Of a stretch of DNA of 64,000 nucleotides, positions 38,446 to 50,335 are shown one piece after another. Both the position numbers and the translations under genes were made by a program. The stretch is from Vicinamibacteria bacterium (GTDB lineage: Bacteria > Acidobacteriota > Vicinamibacteria > Marinacidobacterales > Marinacidobacteraceae). The stretch spans positions 480,001 through 544,000 of the forward strand of contig OZ241322.1 in the NCBI GenBank assembly GCA_965199715.1, read 5' to 3'. Below the pieces are notes generated by a model. It saw only the letters and a program-made list of their open reading frames with translations. It made no database searches and was not told the DNA's origin. Numbering within the stretch: position 1 is the stretch's first letter; each line of letters starts with the position of its first letter.

Positions 38446-39936
38446 CTATCCCATGGCCAAGAGTTGCTGGGAGTACTCGGTGACCCGATCCAGCGAGCCC
38501 CAGAGCACAAGCCCAATGATGTTAGGAACTACCAGTGCCAAAAGCAAGGCGGCGTCGAGCCGACTGAGCCCGAACGGAGCGGCTCCGGCAGCGGCCTCGT
38601 CCACGACCATGACGCGCAGGACGCGCATGTAGTAGAAGGCGGCGACGGCGGCGTTCAGCACGCCGATCACCGCCACCCACGCGAGCCCGGCGTCGATGAC
38701 CGCGGCGAAGACGTAGTACTTGGCGAGGAAGCCGGCGAAGGGCGGGATCCCCATCAGCGAGAACATCAGGACGCCCATCGCGAGCGTAAGCGTGGGCGAA
38801 CGGCGCCACAGGCCCCGGTAGGCGTCGAGCTCGAAGCTGCCCGTGTCCCTGTGGACGAGGATGACCACGAGGAACGCCCCGAGGTTCATGAACAGGTAGA
38901 TCACGAGATACGCCGCGATGGCCTGGACGCCCTCGACGTTGAACGCCGCCGCCGCCATCAGGATCGTCCCTGCGTGGGCGATCGACGAGTAGGCGAGCAG
39001 GCGCTTCAGGTTCGTCTGCCGCAGCGCCGCGACGTTCCCGAGCGTCATGGTCAGGACCGAGACTCCGATCAGAAGTCCCGCGGCGTTCACTCCGCCGACC
39101 GAAAGGAACGTCCCGTCGCCGCCCGGCGTGGCCAGCGCCGAATGGAACAGCCGGATCAGGACCGCGAACCCCGCCGCCTTGGGACCGACCGAAAGGAAGG
39201 CGGTCACCGGCGTCGGCGCTCCGGTGTACACGTCCGGACACCAGAAGTGGAACGGCGCGGCGGCGATCTTGAAGCCGACCCCCGCCATGACCAGCACCAG
39301 CACGAGGAGGATGGCCTCCGCGTTCGCGCCCTCTGCCAGCGCCGCCTGCACGCCGTACACGTCGAGCGTGCCGGTCAGCCCGTAGAGCAGCGACAGCCCG
39401 AAGAGCATGACCCCGGTGGATACCGCGCCGAACAGGATGTACTTGAGCGACGCCTCGTTCGAGAGCCGGTCGCGGCTCAGGTAGCCGACCATGACGTAGG
39501 ACGCGACCGACACCGTCTCGAGCGACAGGTAGATCATCGCGAGGTTCACGGCCCCCGCCATCCACATCAGCGCCACGGTCACGGTCACGAGCAGCGCGAC
39601 CATCTCGCCCATCCGGGCGCCTTCGAGCTCCCGGTTCCGCAGCGAGAAGAGCAGCACGAAGATCGCGGTCGCGACGAACACCGGACGCAGCACCCCGAGA
39701 AGCCCGTCGTCGGCCACCATCGAGGCGAACAGCGCGCCCCCGCTTCCCTCCATCGCGCCCAGCGCGAAGAACAGCGACGCGAACAGGCCGACGAGGGTGA
39801 TCCCGACGAGCAGGTTTCGGTTGCGCTCCGCCGACAGACGCTGGGTCCACAGGTCGGCGACGATCACGACGGCGAGCGTGCCGACGAGGATCAGCTCCGG
39901 GATGAAGTGGCGGATGCTCTCGAGGGCGTTCGACAC
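38446..39936 (-). CDS. nuoN: NADH-quinone oxidoreductase subunit N
   Basis: EASLKY, FKIAAAPFHFWCPDVY, KRLLAYSSIAH, GIPPFAGF.AK. Confidence 0.95.
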   Translation of the reverse strand: MSNALESIRHFIPELILVGTLAVVIVADLWTQRLSAERNRNLLVGITLVGLFASLFFALGAMEGSGGALFASMVADDGLLGVLRPVFVATAIFVLLFSLRNRELEGARMGEMVALLVTVTVALMWMAGAVNLAMIYLSLETVSVASYVMVGYLSRDRLSNEASLKYILFGAVSTGVMLFGLSLLYGLTGTLDVYGVQAALAEGANAEAILLVLVLVMAGVGFKIAAAPFHFWCPDVYTGAPTPVTAFLSVGPKAAGFAVLIRLFHSALATPGGDGTFLSVGGVNAAGLLIGVSVLTMTLGNVAALRQTNLKRLLAYSSIAHAGTILMAAAAFNVEGVQAIAAYLVIYLFMNLGAFLVVILVHRDTGSFELDAYRGLWRRSPTLTLAMGVLMFSLMGIPPFAGFLAKYYVFAAVIDAGLAWVAVIGVLNAAVAAFYYMRVLRVMVVDEAAAGAAPFGLSRLDAALLLALVVPNIIGLVLWGSLDRVTEYSQQLLAMG

Positions 39937-39939
39937 CGG

Positions 39940-40245
39940 CTATCCCTTCAGGTCCGCCGCCTCGTCCAGGTTCACGTTCTTCCGAATCCGGTAGAGGGAC
40001 ATCACGATGGCGAGGGCGACCGCGGCCTCGCACGCCGCGATCACGATCACGAGCAGCGCGAACACCTGCCCCCCGAGCGCCCCCTCGACGAAACGCGAGA
40101 ACGCGACCAGGTTCAGGTTCGCCGAGTTGAAGATCAACTCGATCGACATCAGCACGTTCACCGCGTTGCGCCGGGTCAGGACCCCGAACACCCCGATCGC
40201 GAACAGCGCGGCCGAGACGTAGAGGTAGTGCTCGAGCGGAATCAT
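39940..40245 (-). CDS. nuoK: NADH-quinone oxidoreductase subunit K
   Basis: RRN...MSIEL, AACEAAVALA. Confidence 0.95.
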   Translation of the reverse strand: MIPLEHYLYVSAALFAIGVFGVLTRRNAVNVLMSIELIFNSANLNLVAFSRFVEGALGGQVFALLVIVIAACEAAVALAIVMSLYRIRKNVNLDEAADLKG

Positions 40246-40751
40246 GAGCCGGACCTCCGCCGCCGCACCAGCATCGCCGCGCCCATGAGCGCGATCAGCA
40301 GCAGCACCGAGGCGACCTCGAAAGGAAGCAGGAAGTCGCCCATCAGCAATTCCCCGACGCCGACGCTCGTCGGGCCCGGGTCGCCGGTGTCCATGGCGTT
40401 CCAGTCCACCGACCCGATGATGCCCACCAGCAACGCAAAGACGACGCCAGCGGCGATCGCCCCGGGCAGCACCTGGACCGTTCCGGTCCGCAGGTTCATG
40501 TCGTAGATGCGGTTCGTGAGCATGACTCCGAACAGCAGCAGGGTCAGGATGCCGCCGACGTAGATCAGGATCTGAGCGCCGGCGAGGAAGTCGGCCCCGA
40601 GATAGACGTAAAAGACGGCGACTCCCGCGAGCGCCCCGACGAGCGCGAACGCCGAGTGCACCAGATTGGTGCCGAGGACGACGTAGAGCGACGCCCCGAG
40701 CACCAGCAAGGCGATCCCGTAGAAGATCGCCTGCGCCGCCAGGGTCTCCAT
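40242..40751 (-). CDS. nuoJ: NADH-quinone oxidoreductase subunit J
   Basis: QILIYVGGI, PFEVASVLLL. Confidence 0.95.
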   Translation of the reverse strand: METLAAQAIFYGIALLVLGASLYVVLGTNLVHSAFALVGALAGVAVFYVYLGADFLAGAQILIYVGGILTLLLFGVMLTNRIYDMNLRTGTVQVLPGAIAAGVVFALLVGIIGSVDWNAMDTGDPGPTSVGVGELLMGDFLLPFEVASVLLLIALMGAAMLVRRRRSGS

Positions 40752-40759
40752 CGCGCTTC

Positions 40760-41263
40760 TCAGGCCGCCGGCGGCGTGCGCGGTTCCTTCGCGAACCGGT
40801 AGAGCAGGTCGCCCTTGGTCGCACCCCCGAACTCGTAGTTGGGAGTCATGACGATGCAGTCGGTCGGGCACGGGAAGACGCAGAGCTGGCAGTAGCAGCA
40901 CAGCGACATGTCGATGTCGAACTGGACGACCGTCTGCTTGATGGCCATGCCGTCCGCCGCGAAGATCGGCGGCGCGTCCCGGGTGCGCCTCTCGTTCTCG
41001 ATGTGGATGCAGTCCACCGGGCAGGCGCGCTCGCACTGCTTGCAGCCGATGCAGTCCTCGATCTTGACGTGGAGCCGCATCCGGGAACGGTCCATGACCT
41101 CCTGCGCGGGCAGGTTCATGGGTGTCTTCCAACGCTCTTCGGGCCGCTCGTCGGCGACGTACTGCTGGGTCACCGCCCGGGTGAAGAGGTGGCGGAGGGT
41201 GATGGCCATTCCGGCGAGGATCGTCGAGACGGTCTCCCAGATGTCCAGAAAATAGCGCCGCAC
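40760..41263 (-). CDS. nuoI: NADH-quinone oxidoreductase subunit I
   Basis: [12 protein letters not shown] and [12 protein letters not shown]. Confidence 0.93.
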   Translation of the reverse strand: MRRYFLDIWETVSTILAGMAITLRHLFTRAVTQQYVADERPEERWKTPMNLPAQEVMDRSRMRLHVKIEDCIGCKQCERACPVDCIHIENERRTRDAPPIFAADGMAIKQTVVQFDIDMSLCCYCQLCVFPCPTDCIVMTPNYEFGGATKGDLLYRFAKEPRTPPAA

Positions 41264-41276
41264 GTTCAGGCCTTCC

Positions 41277-42428
41277 TCAGGCGAGCCCCCGGATCAGCGT
41301 GACCGCGATCAGAAGGGAGAAGGAGATGGGAATGACGTACTTCCAGCACACGGTCATGAGCTGGTCCACCCGCAGCCGGGGCAGCGTCCACCGCAGCCAC
41401 ATCTGGACCACGACCAGGAAGAACGCCTTGCCGAAGAGCAGGATGGGACCGGAGCCGACCGGACCGCCCCAGCCGCCGAGGAACAGCAGCGCCGCCATCA
41501 TGGAGACCAGCAGCATGTTCCCGTACTCGGCGAGGAAGAAGAACGCGAACCGCATCCCGGTGTACTCGGTGTAGTACCCGGCCACCAGCTCGGACTCGGC
41601 CTCGGGAATGTCGAACGGGGTCCGGTTCGTCTCCGCGAGCCCGCAGATGAAGAACAGGACGAACGCGATCAGGTTGAGCGGGAAGAGCTGGAAGATCAGC
41701 CAGTCGCCGACTCCGAGGAAGCCGCCCGACTGGAAGGCGACGAAGTCCGGAAGACTGAGGCTGCCCACCTGCGCCACGGCCACCAGCACGAGGATCGCCG
41801 TCGGGATCTCGTAGCTGACCATCTGGGCGGCGGCGCGCATCCCGCCGTAGAGCGCGTACTTGTTGTTCGACCCCCAGCCCGCCATCAGCACCGAGAGCGC
41901 CCCGAGCGAGGTGATCGCGACGAAGTACAGGACGCCGATGTTCAGGTTCGCGACCGCGAGGATCGCGCCGTCGCCCGACACGCCCCACGGGATCACGACG
42001 AACGCCGCGAACGCGCTCGCCACCGCCACCATGGGCGCCGCCCGGAAGAGCACCCGGTCGGCGTCGCGGGGGACGATGTCCTCCTTGAACATCAGCTTCA
42101 CGCCGTCCGCGAAGCTCTGCAGGAGTCCGTGCCAACCGACCCGCATCGGACCCAGCCGGTCCTGCATGTGGGCCGCGACCTTCCGCTCCAGCCAGATCGC
42201 GTAGATTGGGTTGATCGCGACCACGGAGACGACGCCGCCGATTCCGAGCAGCACCACGGTGAGGCGCTGGAGCTCCGTCGGCACGAAGTCGGCGATCAGC
42301 TCGCCGACGATCGGCGCGATGATCGGGAGCGCGGCGATCGTCGCGAGCGCGCCGAGCGCCATCGCGATCGGGATCGCCGTCAGCGGCCCCATGAGCCGCA
42401 TCTCGATCTGCCGGAACCGGGTGATCAA
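41277..42428 (-). CDS. nuoH: NADH-quinone oxidoreductase subunit H (start TTG 42428 or ATG 42401)
   Basis: [36 protein letters not shown]. Confidence 0.95.
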   Translation of the reverse strand: MITRFRQIEMRLMGPLTAIPIAMALGALATIAALPIIAPIVGELIADFVPTELQRLTVVLLGIGGVVSVVAINPIYAIWLERKVAAHMQDRLGPMRVGWHGLLQSFADGVKLMFKEDIVPRDADRVLFRAAPMVAVASAFAAFVVIPWGVSGDGAILAVANLNIGVLYFVAITSLGALSVLMAGWGSNNKYALYGGMRAAAQMVSYEIPTAILVLVAVAQVGSLSLPDFVAFQSGGFLGVGDWLIFQLFPLNLIAFVLFFICGLAETNRTPFDIPEAESELVAGYYTEYTGMRFAFFFLAEYGNMLLVSMMAALLFLGGWGGPVGSGPILLFGKAFFLVVVQMWLRWTLPRLRVDQLMTVCWKYVIPISFSLLIAVTLIRGLA

Positions 42429-43642
42429 CGATCGATCTCCCCTAGCACGATGTCCAGGCTGCCGATGATCGCGATGATGTCCGCGATCATCTCGCCGCGG
42501 GTGATCTCGTGGAAGAGCCCCATGGCGACGAAGCAGGGCGACCGCCCCTTGACCCGGTACGGAATCGGCTTCTTGTTCTCGGCGACGACGTAGAAGCCGA
42601 GCTCGCCCCTCGGAGCCTCGGTACGGCAGTACGCCTCGCCGGCCGGCGGGCGGATCGTCCGGGGCACCGCGGCATGGACATCGCCTTCGTCGGGAAGCCG
42701 CTCGAGCGCCTGCCGCGCGATCTTCACGCTCTCGTACATCTCCCGCACGCGCACCCAGTACCGGTCCCAGCAGGAGCCGACCGGGCCGTGCTCGCCCGAA
42801 GCGACGATCACGTCGAAGTCGTAGGTCTCGTAGCCGAGATACGGGTCGTCCCGGCGCAGGTCCCACGAAATGCCCGACCCCCGGAGGTTCGGTCCCGAGA
42901 GCGCGTAGTCGCGTGCCATCTCCGGAGTGATGACGCCGATGTCGGCGGTCCTCCGGACGAAGATCTTGTTGCCGGTGAGCAGCCGGTCCATCTCGTCGAG
43001 CACCGGCTTGAACTCGGTCAGGAACTCGCGGGCCTTGGCCTTCCATCCCTCGGGGAGATCGTGCGAGACCCCGCCCACCCAGTTGTAGTTGTACAGGAGC
43101 CGCGCCCCGCACAGCCACTCGAAGAGGTCGAGGATGCGCTCGCGCTGCTGGAAGGCCAGCAGGAAGGGCGTGTACGCCCCGATGTCCATCCCGTAGGTGC
43201 CCATGGCCAGCAGGTGGCTCGCGATACGCTGGAGTTCGGCGGTGATGACCCGGATGCCCTGGACCCGCTCCGAGACCTCGATCTCGAGCAGCTTCTCCAC
43301 CGTCATGGCGTAGCTGAGGCTGTTCGCCATCGAGCCGACGTAGTCCATGCGGTCGGTGAACGGGATCACCCCCTGGTAGTCGATGTTCTCCGCGTGCTTC
43401 TCGAAATTGCGGTGCAGGTAGCCGATGTGCGGCCGGGCGTCCTTGACGATCTCCCCGTCGGTCTTGAGCTCCACGCGCAGCACGCCGTGGGTCGAGGGGT
43501 GCTGCGGCCCCATGTTGAGGATCATCTCGTCTTCCTCGAGATCCTCGGGGGCGAAGGCGTAGGAGTCGTCGGGCGGAAGCTCCTCGTCGTAGAGCGTGAC
43601 GAGCGGCCCGCCGTCGGGGCCGCGCAGCGCCGGGCCGGACAT
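42425..43642 (-). CDS. nuoD: NADH-quinone oxidoreductase subunit D
   Basis: [36 protein letters not shown]. Confidence 0.97.
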   Translation of the reverse strand: MSGPALRGPDGGPLVTLYDEELPPDDSYAFAPEDLEEDEMILNMGPQHPSTHGVLRVELKTDGEIVKDARPHIGYLHRNFEKHAENIDYQGVIPFTDRMDYVGSMANSLSYAMTVEKLLEIEVSERVQGIRVITAELQRIASHLLAMGTYGMDIGAYTPFLLAFQQRERILDLFEWLCGARLLYNYNWVGGVSHDLPEGWKAKAREFLTEFKPVLDEMDRLLTGNKIFVRRTADIGVITPEMARDYALSGPNLRGSGISWDLRRDDPYLGYETYDFDVIVASGEHGPVGSCWDRYWVRVREMYESVKIARQALERLPDEGDVHAAVPRTIRPPAGEAYCRTEAPRGELGFYVVAENKKPIPYRVKGRSPCFVAMGLFHEITRGEMIADIIAIIGSLDIVLGEIDR

Positions 43643-44193
43643 CAGTCGAACGGCCCCACGCCGGTCATGTCCCCGCCCTCGGCGCGGTCGGTCATCTGCC
43701 GGCCCGGCTTCACCGGAATCTTGTGCCACGTCTCCGGCCACTCCCAGTCGCGCAGCAGCGGATGGCCCGGCCAGTCGGCGGGAAGGAGGATGCGGCGGTG
43801 GTCGCTGTGGCCCCGGAACCGGACTCCGAAGAGGTCGAACGCCTCCCGCTCGTGCCAGTTGGCCGCCTTCCAGACGTTCTCGAGCGTGGGCAGTTCCCCG
43901 CCCTCCCTCGGCGCGCGCACCTTGAGCACGATCCAGTGCTTCTTCCCCAGCGAGAACAGGTGATAGACCATCTCGATCGCCGGCGGATCGTCCTTGTCGT
44001 AGTCCACGCCGGAGACGCAGTGGAGCGTGTCGAAGTCGAGCTCGGCGTCGCTCTTGAGGAACCGCGCGGCGGACTCGAGCTGGTCGGACTCGATCCGCAT
44101 CCACGGGTCCTTCGCTTCGGCGTCCGCCGTCACCGCGTCCTCGTCCAGCCCGAGATGGGCGGACAGCCGCGCGATGACCTCAGCTCCAGTCAC
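43642..44193 (-). CDS. nuoC: NADH-quinone oxidoreductase subunit C
   Basis: [20 protein letters not shown]. Confidence 0.95.
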   Translation of the reverse strand: MTGAEVIARLSAHLGLDEDAVTADAEAKDPWMRIESDQLESAARFLKSDAELDFDTLHCVSGVDYDKDDPPAIEMVYHLFSLGKKHWIVLKVRAPREGGELPTLENVWKAANWHEREAFDLFGVRFRGHSDHRRILLPADWPGHPLLRDWEWPETWHKIPVKPGRQMTDRAEGGDMTGVGPFD

Positions 44194-44714
44194 GCCCGCG
44201 CCTCTTCCGCCGGGGCCTGCCGTCCGGCGCGGGGATCCTCCAGCAGCGAGCGGTCGCGGATCAGATCCTGCAGCGCCATGATCCCGTAGAGCAGCGCCTC
44301 GGGGCGGGGCGGACACCCGGGCACGTAGACGTCCACCGGGATGATCTGGTCCACGCCCTTGACGACGTGGTAGCCGTGCTGCCAGTACGGGCCGCCGTTG
44401 TTCGCGCAGCTCCCCATGGAGATGACGTACTTGGGCTCGGGCATCTGGTCGTAGAGCCGCTTGACCCGCAGCGCCATCTTGTGGGTCACCGTGCCGGCCA
44501 CGACCATCACGTCCGACTGCCGGGGAGAGGCCCGGGGAATGAGGCCGAGGCGGTCCCAGTCGAACCGGCTGGCGCCGGTGGCCATCATCTCGATCGCGCA
44601 GCAGGCGAGGCCGAAGGTCATCGGCCAGAGCGCCGAGAGCCGCGCCCAGTTCACGATCGCCCCCACCGTGGTGAGCGCGACCTGGTTCTTCCCGAGAACG
44701 TTGATGAGATCCAC
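44190..44714 (-). CDS. nuoB: NADH-quinone oxidoreductase subunit B
   Basis: [30 protein letters not shown]. Confidence 0.97.
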   Translation of the reverse strand: MDLINVLGKNQVALTTVGAIVNWARLSALWPMTFGLACCAIEMMATGASRFDWDRLGLIPRASPRQSDVMVVAGTVTHKMALRVKRLYDQMPEPKYVISMGSCANNGGPYWQHGYHVVKGVDQIIPVDVYVPGCPPRPEALLYGIMALQDLIRDRSLLEDPRAGRQAPAEEARA

Positions 44715-44731
44715 TGAGCGCTGACGCCTCC

Positions 44732-45154
44732 TCAGGCGGCCATCCGATCCACGCCCTGGGCGGAGCGGCTCCGCTTCAGTTTCCGCCGGTCCTCCTCGCG
44801 CACCCACTCGAGGTCACCCTTGACCCACACGTCGGCGAGCCCGAGCACGAGCATCGCGATGAAGATCAGCCCGGCGACGAGCGCCCCGGTCCCGGCGTCG
44901 ACGTACGTGAGCGCCCACGGCACCAGCAGCACCGCCTCCACGTCGAAGATCAGGAACACGAGCGCGAAGACGTAGAACCGGATGTTGAACTGGACGCCCC
45001 ACGGCGTGCCGACCGGATTCTCCCCGCACTCGTAGGGCCGGACCTTGGCTTCGGAGGGCGCGGACGGGCGGACGAGCGACGAGACCAGCAGCGTCATGCC
45101 GACGAAAAGCGCGCCGGCGATGACCGCGATCAGCGCTCCGAGGAATTCACCCAT
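44732..45154 (-). CDS. nuoA: NADH-quinone oxidoreductase subunit A
   Basis: YECGE, FLIFDVE, PWA. Confidence 0.95.
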   Translation of the reverse strand: MGEFLGALIAVIAGALFVGMTLLVSSLVRPSAPSEAKVRPYECGENPVGTPWGVQFNIRFYVFALVFLIFDVEAVLLVPWALTYVDAGTGALVAGLIFIAMLVLGLADVWVKGDLEWVREEDRRKLKRSRSAQGVDRMAA

Positions 45155-45214
45155 GAAAAAGGCCGACGAGAGGCCCGCCGGAGCGCGAATTCTATCCGCC
45201 GCGCCCCACGAGGT

Positions 45215-45694
45215 CTAGACGGAACCGGGCGGGACGCGCGCGAAGGCCATGGAATTCCCGCTCGGGAAGAAGAGCGTCATCCGGTCGCCCTCCACCCGGA
45301 CCTCGCAGGGCTCCCGGTGGTTGCGGTCCGCCTCGCCGGCGCTGCGAAGCGCCATCCGCAGCGGGGCGGCCTCGAGCGGCCCGATCGGTTCGCCCGCCGA
45401 CAGGTGGTGCATGTGGGTGAGCATGAGCGAGTCCCCGTCGCGCGACCAGCGGCCTCCCTCCGCCGAGCCGCGCGCCGGCTCGCCGCCCTCGCCGGTCACG
45501 AAGAAGAGGACGAACCACTCCCCCTGCCCCGGCGCGTCCTCCCGGAACGAAATCCGCCCGTCCACGGGCAGCTCGCCGCCGCCCGACATGACGTAGGCGC
45601 GGGGCCGCCACGCACCGGCGAGCGAGTCCGACGGCGGCGCCGGAGCGGTGCACGCGAACGCGAGCGTGAGGAGAAAGAACTTCCCGAACTTCAT
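45215..45694 (-). CDS. Lipoprotein, lipocalin-like beta-barrel
   Basis: LAFAC lipobox, LAGAW motif, beta-rich sequence. Confidence 0.6.
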   Translation of the reverse strand: MKFGKFFLLTLAFACTAPAPPSDSLAGAWRPRAYVMSGGGELPVDGRISFREDAPGQGEWFVLFFVTGEGGEPARGSAEGGRWSRDGDSLMLTHMHHLSAGEPIGPLEAAPLRMALRSAGEADRNHREPCEVRVEGDRMTLFFPSGNSMAFARVPPGSV

Positions 45695-45717
45695 GCCAAC
45701 AGCCGATCATACGCGCC

Positions 45718-46419
45718 GTGGCGCTTTCGGTCGTGATCCCCACCCTGAACGCGGCGACGACCATCGGGAGCGCGCTCGACTCGGTGCCCGGGAGCGCCGA
45801 AGTCGTGGTGGTGGACGGTGGGAGCGGCGACCGCACCCGGGAAGTCGCCGCCGCACGCGGGGTTCGAGTGCTGCGGGCCGAAGCCGGTCGCGCCCAGCAA
45901 ATGAACCGTGGCGCCGAGGCGGCTTCGGGCGACGCACTGCTCTTCCTTCACGCCGACTGTCGCCTTCCCGAGGATGCCGGGGCCGCAGTCGAGCGGGCGC
46001 TCCGGGACCCCGGCTGCGCCGGAGGCTGGTTCCCGCTGCGGGTGCTGCCGGAGACGTGGATCATGCGCCGCGCCGCGAACGGCTCGAACCGCCGCGCCCG
46101 GCTCCTCGCCCTGCCCTACGGGGATCAGGCGATCTTCGCCCGAGCGTCGGCCTTCCGGGCGGCCGGGGGCTTCCCGGAAGACCCGATCATGGAGGACGCC
46201 GGCCTCGCCCGCCGCCTGCGCCGCATCGGGCGGCTCGCCGAAGCGCCTTCGCCGGTAGTCACCGGCCCAGGTCACTGGTCGCGGCGCGGCCCCGTGCTTG
46301 CCGGGCTCATCGACCAGATGGTTCTGGCCGCCTGGCTCCTCGGCGTCCCGCCAAAGCGGATCGCCCCCGCGTACTACTCGCTGACGCGCCCGAAGAGCCG
46401 CGACCCGGCCATGCCCTGA
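45718..46419 (+). CDS. TIGR04283 family GT2 glycosyltransferase
   Basis: [37 protein letters not shown]. Confidence 0.9.
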   Translation: MALSVVIPTLNAATTIGSALDSVPGSAEVVVVDGGSGDRTREVAAARGVRVLRAEAGRAQQMNRGAEAASGDALLFLHADCRLPEDAGAAVERALRDPGCAGGWFPLRVLPETWIMRRAANGSNRRARLLALPYGDQAIFARASAFRAAGGFPEDPIMEDAGLARRLRRIGRLAEAPSPVVTGPGHWSRRGPVLAGLIDQMVLAAWLLGVPPKRIAPAYYSLTRPKSRDPAMP

Positions 46420-48653
46420 GCCTCCACCGCGGCGATCGCGATGACGTGGACGATCTCGTCCACGTCCGAGCCTCGCTGGAGGACGTGCACCGGCCGCCGC
46501 AGCCCGGTGAGGATCGGCCCCACCGCCTCTGCACCGCCGAGGCGCTGGAGCAGCTTGTAGGCGACGTTCCCGGCTTCGAGACTCGGGAAGACGAGTACGT
46601 TGGCGGCCCGGTCAAGCTGCGAGAACGAGAACGTCCCGAGCAACTCGTCCACGACCGCAGTGTCCGCCTGCATCTCGCCGTCCACAATCAGATCCGGCTC
46701 GCGCTCATGGAGGATCTCGACCGCTCGCCGCACCTTGTTCGAGCGCGGATGGGGTGCGCTCCCGAAGTTCGAGAACGAGAGCATCGCCACCCGCGGCTCG
46801 ACGTGGAAACGCCGCGCCACCTCGGCCGCCTGAACGGCGATGTCGGCGAGCTCTTCCGCCGTCGGGTCGATGTTCACGGTGGCGTCGGCGATGAACTTGA
46901 TGTCGTGCTCGAAGACCAGCATGTACACGCCGGCGACCTTCCGCACGTCCTCGCGCTTGCCGACGATCTGGAGCGCGGGCCGGATCGTGTCCGGATAGGA
47001 CTGCGCCACTCCGGCCACCATGCTGTCGGCGTCGCCACGATGGACCATCATCGCGCCGAAGACGGTCGGATTGCGCATCAGCTCGTGCGCCTTGCCCGTG
47101 TCCACCCCGCGCCGCTCGCGCAGCTTCAGCAGGACGCCCGCGTACTGGTCAAGCCGGTCGGAGCGATCCACGTCCACGACTTCGGCACCGCTGAGATCGA
47201 CGCCCAGTTCCGCCGTCCGCCGGGCGATCACGTCGCTCCGGCCGAGCAGCATCGGGCGGGCAATCCGCTCGTCCAGCACCCGCTGCGCGGCGCGGAGGAT
47301 GCTCGGGTGCTCGCCTTCGGGAAGCACGACCGACCGGACCGACTCGCGGGCGCGCACGGCGACGCGCGACATGACCTCGCGCTCGAGTCCCAGCCGGGCC
47401 TCGAGGCTCGCCCGGTAGTCGTCGAGGTCGAAGTCGGGATTCCGGGCGACGCCGCTCTTGATGCCAGCCGCGGCGACCGCCGGAGCCTCCCACAGGAGCA
47501 CCCGGGAGTCGAAGGGCGACGGGATCAGGTACTCGGGTCCGAACTGCATCCGCTCCTTGCCGTGGGCGCGGATGACCGAGTCGGGCACGTCCTCCTTGGT
47601 GAGGGCGGCGAGCGCCCGGGCGGCGGCGAGCTTCATCTCCATGTTGATGGCGCGGGCCCGCACGTCGAGCGCGCCCCGGAAGATGAAGGGGAAGCCGAGG
47701 ACGTTGTTCACCTGGTTCGGGTAGTCGGACCGGCCGGTGGCCATGAAGACGTCCTGGCGGGCGTCCATGGCGTCCTCCCAGGTGATCTCCGGATCCGGAT
47801 TGGCCATCGCCATGACCAGCGGGCGGTCGTTCATGGAGACGACCATCTCCTTCGAGACCGCGTCCTTGACCGACAGCCCCATGAACACGTCGGCCCCGCG
47901 CATCGCGTCGTCCAGCGTGCGCATCGAGGTGTCGAGGGCGTACCGCTGCTTGAACTCGTTCATGCCCGACGAGCGGCCGGCGTAGATGACCCCTCTGGAG
48001 TCGCACATGACCACGTGCTCGTGGCGCACGCCCAGTTGCTCGGCGAGCTCGGCGCAGGCGATTCCGGCGGCCCCCGCCCCGTTGATGACGACGCGGACGT
48101 CGGCGGGATCCTTGCCGGTGAGCTCCAGCCAGCTCAGGAACGCCGCGCCGGAGATGATCGCGGTGCCGTGCTGGTCGTCGTGGAAGACCGGGATGTCCAT
48201 TTCGGCGCAGAGGCGCGATTCGACGTGGAAGCAGTCGGGGGCCTTGATGTCCTCCAGATTGATGCCGCCGAACGTCGGCTCGAGCGCCTTGACCACCTCG
48301 CAGACCTGATCGGGATTGGTGACGTTGAGCTCGATGTCGAACACGTCGATGTCGGCGAACCGCTTGAAGAGAACGCCCTTCCCCTCCATCACCGGCTTGG
48401 CGGCGAGCGGCCCGATGTTCCCGAGCCCGAGGACGGCCGACCCCGTGCTCACGACGGCGACGAGATTTCCCTTGGCGGTGTAGTCGAAGACCCGCTCGGG
48501 ATCCTTGTGGATCTCGCGGCACGGCTCGGCCACGCCGGGGCTGTAGGCGAGCGAGAGATCGCGCTGGGTGCTCGTGGGCTTGGTGGGCCGGACCTCCACC
48601 TTCCCCGGACGGCGGCCGAGGTGGTAATCGAGTGCGTCCTGCTTGCGGATCAA
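46374..48653 (-). CDS. maeB: NADP-dependent malic enzyme with phosphotransacetylase-like domain
   Basis: [47 protein letters not shown]. Confidence 0.97.
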   Translation of the reverse strand: MIRKQDALDYHLGRRPGKVEVRPTKPTSTQRDLSLAYSPGVAEPCREIHKDPERVFDYTAKGNLVAVVSTGSAVLGLGNIGPLAAKPVMEGKGVLFKRFADIDVFDIELNVTNPDQVCEVVKALEPTFGGINLEDIKAPDCFHVESRLCAEMDIPVFHDDQHGTAIISGAAFLSWLELTGKDPADVRVVINGAGAAGIACAELAEQLGVRHEHVVMCDSRGVIYAGRSSGMNEFKQRYALDTSMRTLDDAMRGADVFMGLSVKDAVSKEMVVSMNDRPLVMAMANPDPEITWEDAMDARQDVFMATGRSDYPNQVNNVLGFPFIFRGALDVRARAINMEMKLAAARALAALTKEDVPDSVIRAHGKERMQFGPEYLIPSPFDSRVLLWEAPAVAAAGIKSGVARNPDFDLDDYRASLEARLGLEREVMSRVAVRARESVRSVVLPEGEHPSILRAAQRVLDERIARPMLLGRSDVIARRTAELGVDLSGAEVVDVDRSDRLDQYAGVLLKLRERRGVDTGKAHELMRNPTVFGAMMVHRGDADSMVAGVAQSYPDTIRPALQIVGKREDVRKVAGVYMLVFEHDIKFIADATVNIDPTAEELADIAVQAAEVARRFHVEPRVAMLSFSNFGSAPHPRSNKVRRAVEILHEREPDLIVDGEMQADTAVVDELLGTFSFSQLDRAANVLVFPSLEAGNVAYKLLQRLGGAEAVGPILTGLRRPVHVLQRGSDVDEIVHVIAIAAVEAQGMAGSRLFGRVSE

Positions 48654-48791
48654 GGGATTCCCTCCTCGGGACCGATCCGGCTGCGCTCCGCCAGAACGGG
48701 GCCGCGGCGAGCCGGTGAGGATCTGCCCGCCCCGCGGGGCCGGTCGAATGTGGCCGGAAGTCTAATGGCGCGGGCGTGGCATCATCGGGCG

Positions 48792-50309
48792 ATGGGCGAC
48801 GGCGGAGCGACGATCGGCTACGAGGCCGAGCTCTGGGCGATGGCGGAAGAGTTCCGCGTCTCCATGGAACCGGCCGAGTACAAGCACGTCGTCCTCGGGT
48901 TGATCTTCCTGAAGTACATCTCCGACGCGTTCGAGGAGCGCCGCGCCGCGTTGGCCGCCGAGCACGGCGACGTGGTGGCCGAGGATCGCGACGAGTATCT
49001 GGCCGACAACGTCTTGTGGGTCCCATCCGCGGCTCGGTGGGCGAAGCTCAAGGCCGCGGCGCGGCAGCCTGGGATCGGCGAGACCGTGGATCGAGCCATG
49101 GACGCGATCGAGCGGCAGAACCCGAAGCTCAAGGACGTGTTGCCAAAGGGTTACGCGCGCCCTGCCCTCAGCAAGAAGGACCTCGGAGGCCCTATCGACA
49201 TCGTCAGCAACATCCGGGTGGGGGACGGCGACGCCCGCTCCCGGGACGTGCTCGGCCGCATTTACGAGTACTTCCTTTCCCGCTTCGCGAGCGCCGAGGG
49301 AAAGAAGGGCGGCGAGTTCTACACGCCCCGTTGCATCGTCCGGCTGCTGGTCAAGATGCTGGAGCCCTACTCGGGGCGGGTTTACGACCCCTGCCGTGGC
49401 TCGGCGGGCATGTTCGTGCAGTCGGTTGAGTTCCTGCGGGCGCACTCCCGAGGCGACGGCGCCGCCATCAGCACCTATGGGCAGGAGTCCAAACACACGA
49501 CGTGGCGGCTCGCGAACATGAACCTCGCCATTCGGGGAATCGAAGGCCAGATCGCCCACGGCGACAGTTTCGGCAACGACCGACATCCCGACCTGAAGGC
49601 CGACTGCATCCTCGCCAACCCGCCGTTCAACCTCAAGAAATGGGGCGGCGACCAACTGACCGAGGACCAGCGGTGGCAGTGGGGAGTCCCGCCCAAGGGC
49701 AACGCCAACTTCGCGTGGGTCCAGCACATGGTCCACCATCTCGCCCCCGGCGGCACGGCGGGATTCGTGCTGGCGAACGGCTCCATGTCATCGGCGCAGT
49801 CGGGCGAGGGCGAGATCCGGAAAACGCTGATCGAGGCGGGTCTCGTGGAATGCATGGTGGCGCTGCCGGGGCAACTGTTCTACTCGACGCAGATCCCGGC
49901 GTGCCTCTGGTTCGTGGCGCGGGACCGCCCCCGATCCGGCGAGGTTCTCTTCATCGACGCCCGCAAGCTGGGCCGCATGGTGGACCGCACCCACCGGGAG
50001 TTGACCGACGACGAGATCGCCCGAATCGCAGCGACCTACCGAGCGTGGAGAAAGGGCGACAGCGCCTACGAGGACGAGCCGGGCTTCTGCCGCAGCGCCC
50101 CACTCGACGAGGTGCGCAAGCACGACCACGTGCTGACGCCCGGCCGGTACGTCGGGGCTCCGCCGCCAGAGGACGACGGCGAGCCGTTCGACGAGAAGAT
50201 GCGCCGGCTCGTCGGCGAGCTCAAGGAGCAGCGGGCCGAGGCGGCGAGGCTGGATCAGGCGATCGAGCGGAACCTCCGGGCGCTGGACTTCTGGGACGGC
50301 CCGGCGTGA
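48792..50309 (+). CDS. hsdM: Type I restriction-modification methyltransferase subunit (orphan, possibly decaying)
   Basis: [44 protein letters not shown]; no hsdS/hsdR nearby. Confidence 0.9.
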   Translation: MGDGGATIGYEAELWAMAEEFRVSMEPAEYKHVVLGLIFLKYISDAFEERRAALAAEHGDVVAEDRDEYLADNVLWVPSAARWAKLKAAARQPGIGETVDRAMDAIERQNPKLKDVLPKGYARPALSKKDLGGPIDIVSNIRVGDGDARSRDVLGRIYEYFLSRFASAEGKKGGEFYTPRCIVRLLVKMLEPYSGRVYDPCRGSAGMFVQSVEFLRAHSRGDGAAISTYGQESKHTTWRLANMNLAIRGIEGQIAHGDSFGNDRHPDLKADCILANPPFNLKKWGGDQLTEDQRWQWGVPPKGNANFAWVQHMVHHLAPGGTAGFVLANGSMSSAQSGEGEIRKTLIEAGLVECMVALPGQLFYSTQIPACLWFVARDRPRSGEVLFIDARKLGRMVDRTHRELTDDEIARIAATYRAWRKGDSAYEDEPGFCRSAPLDEVRKHDHVLTPGRYVGAPPPEDDGEPFDEKMRRLVGELKEQRAEAARLDQAIERNLRALDFWDGPA

Positions 50310-50335
50310 CGTTTGGATTGCGCTTTCGTCCCTAG

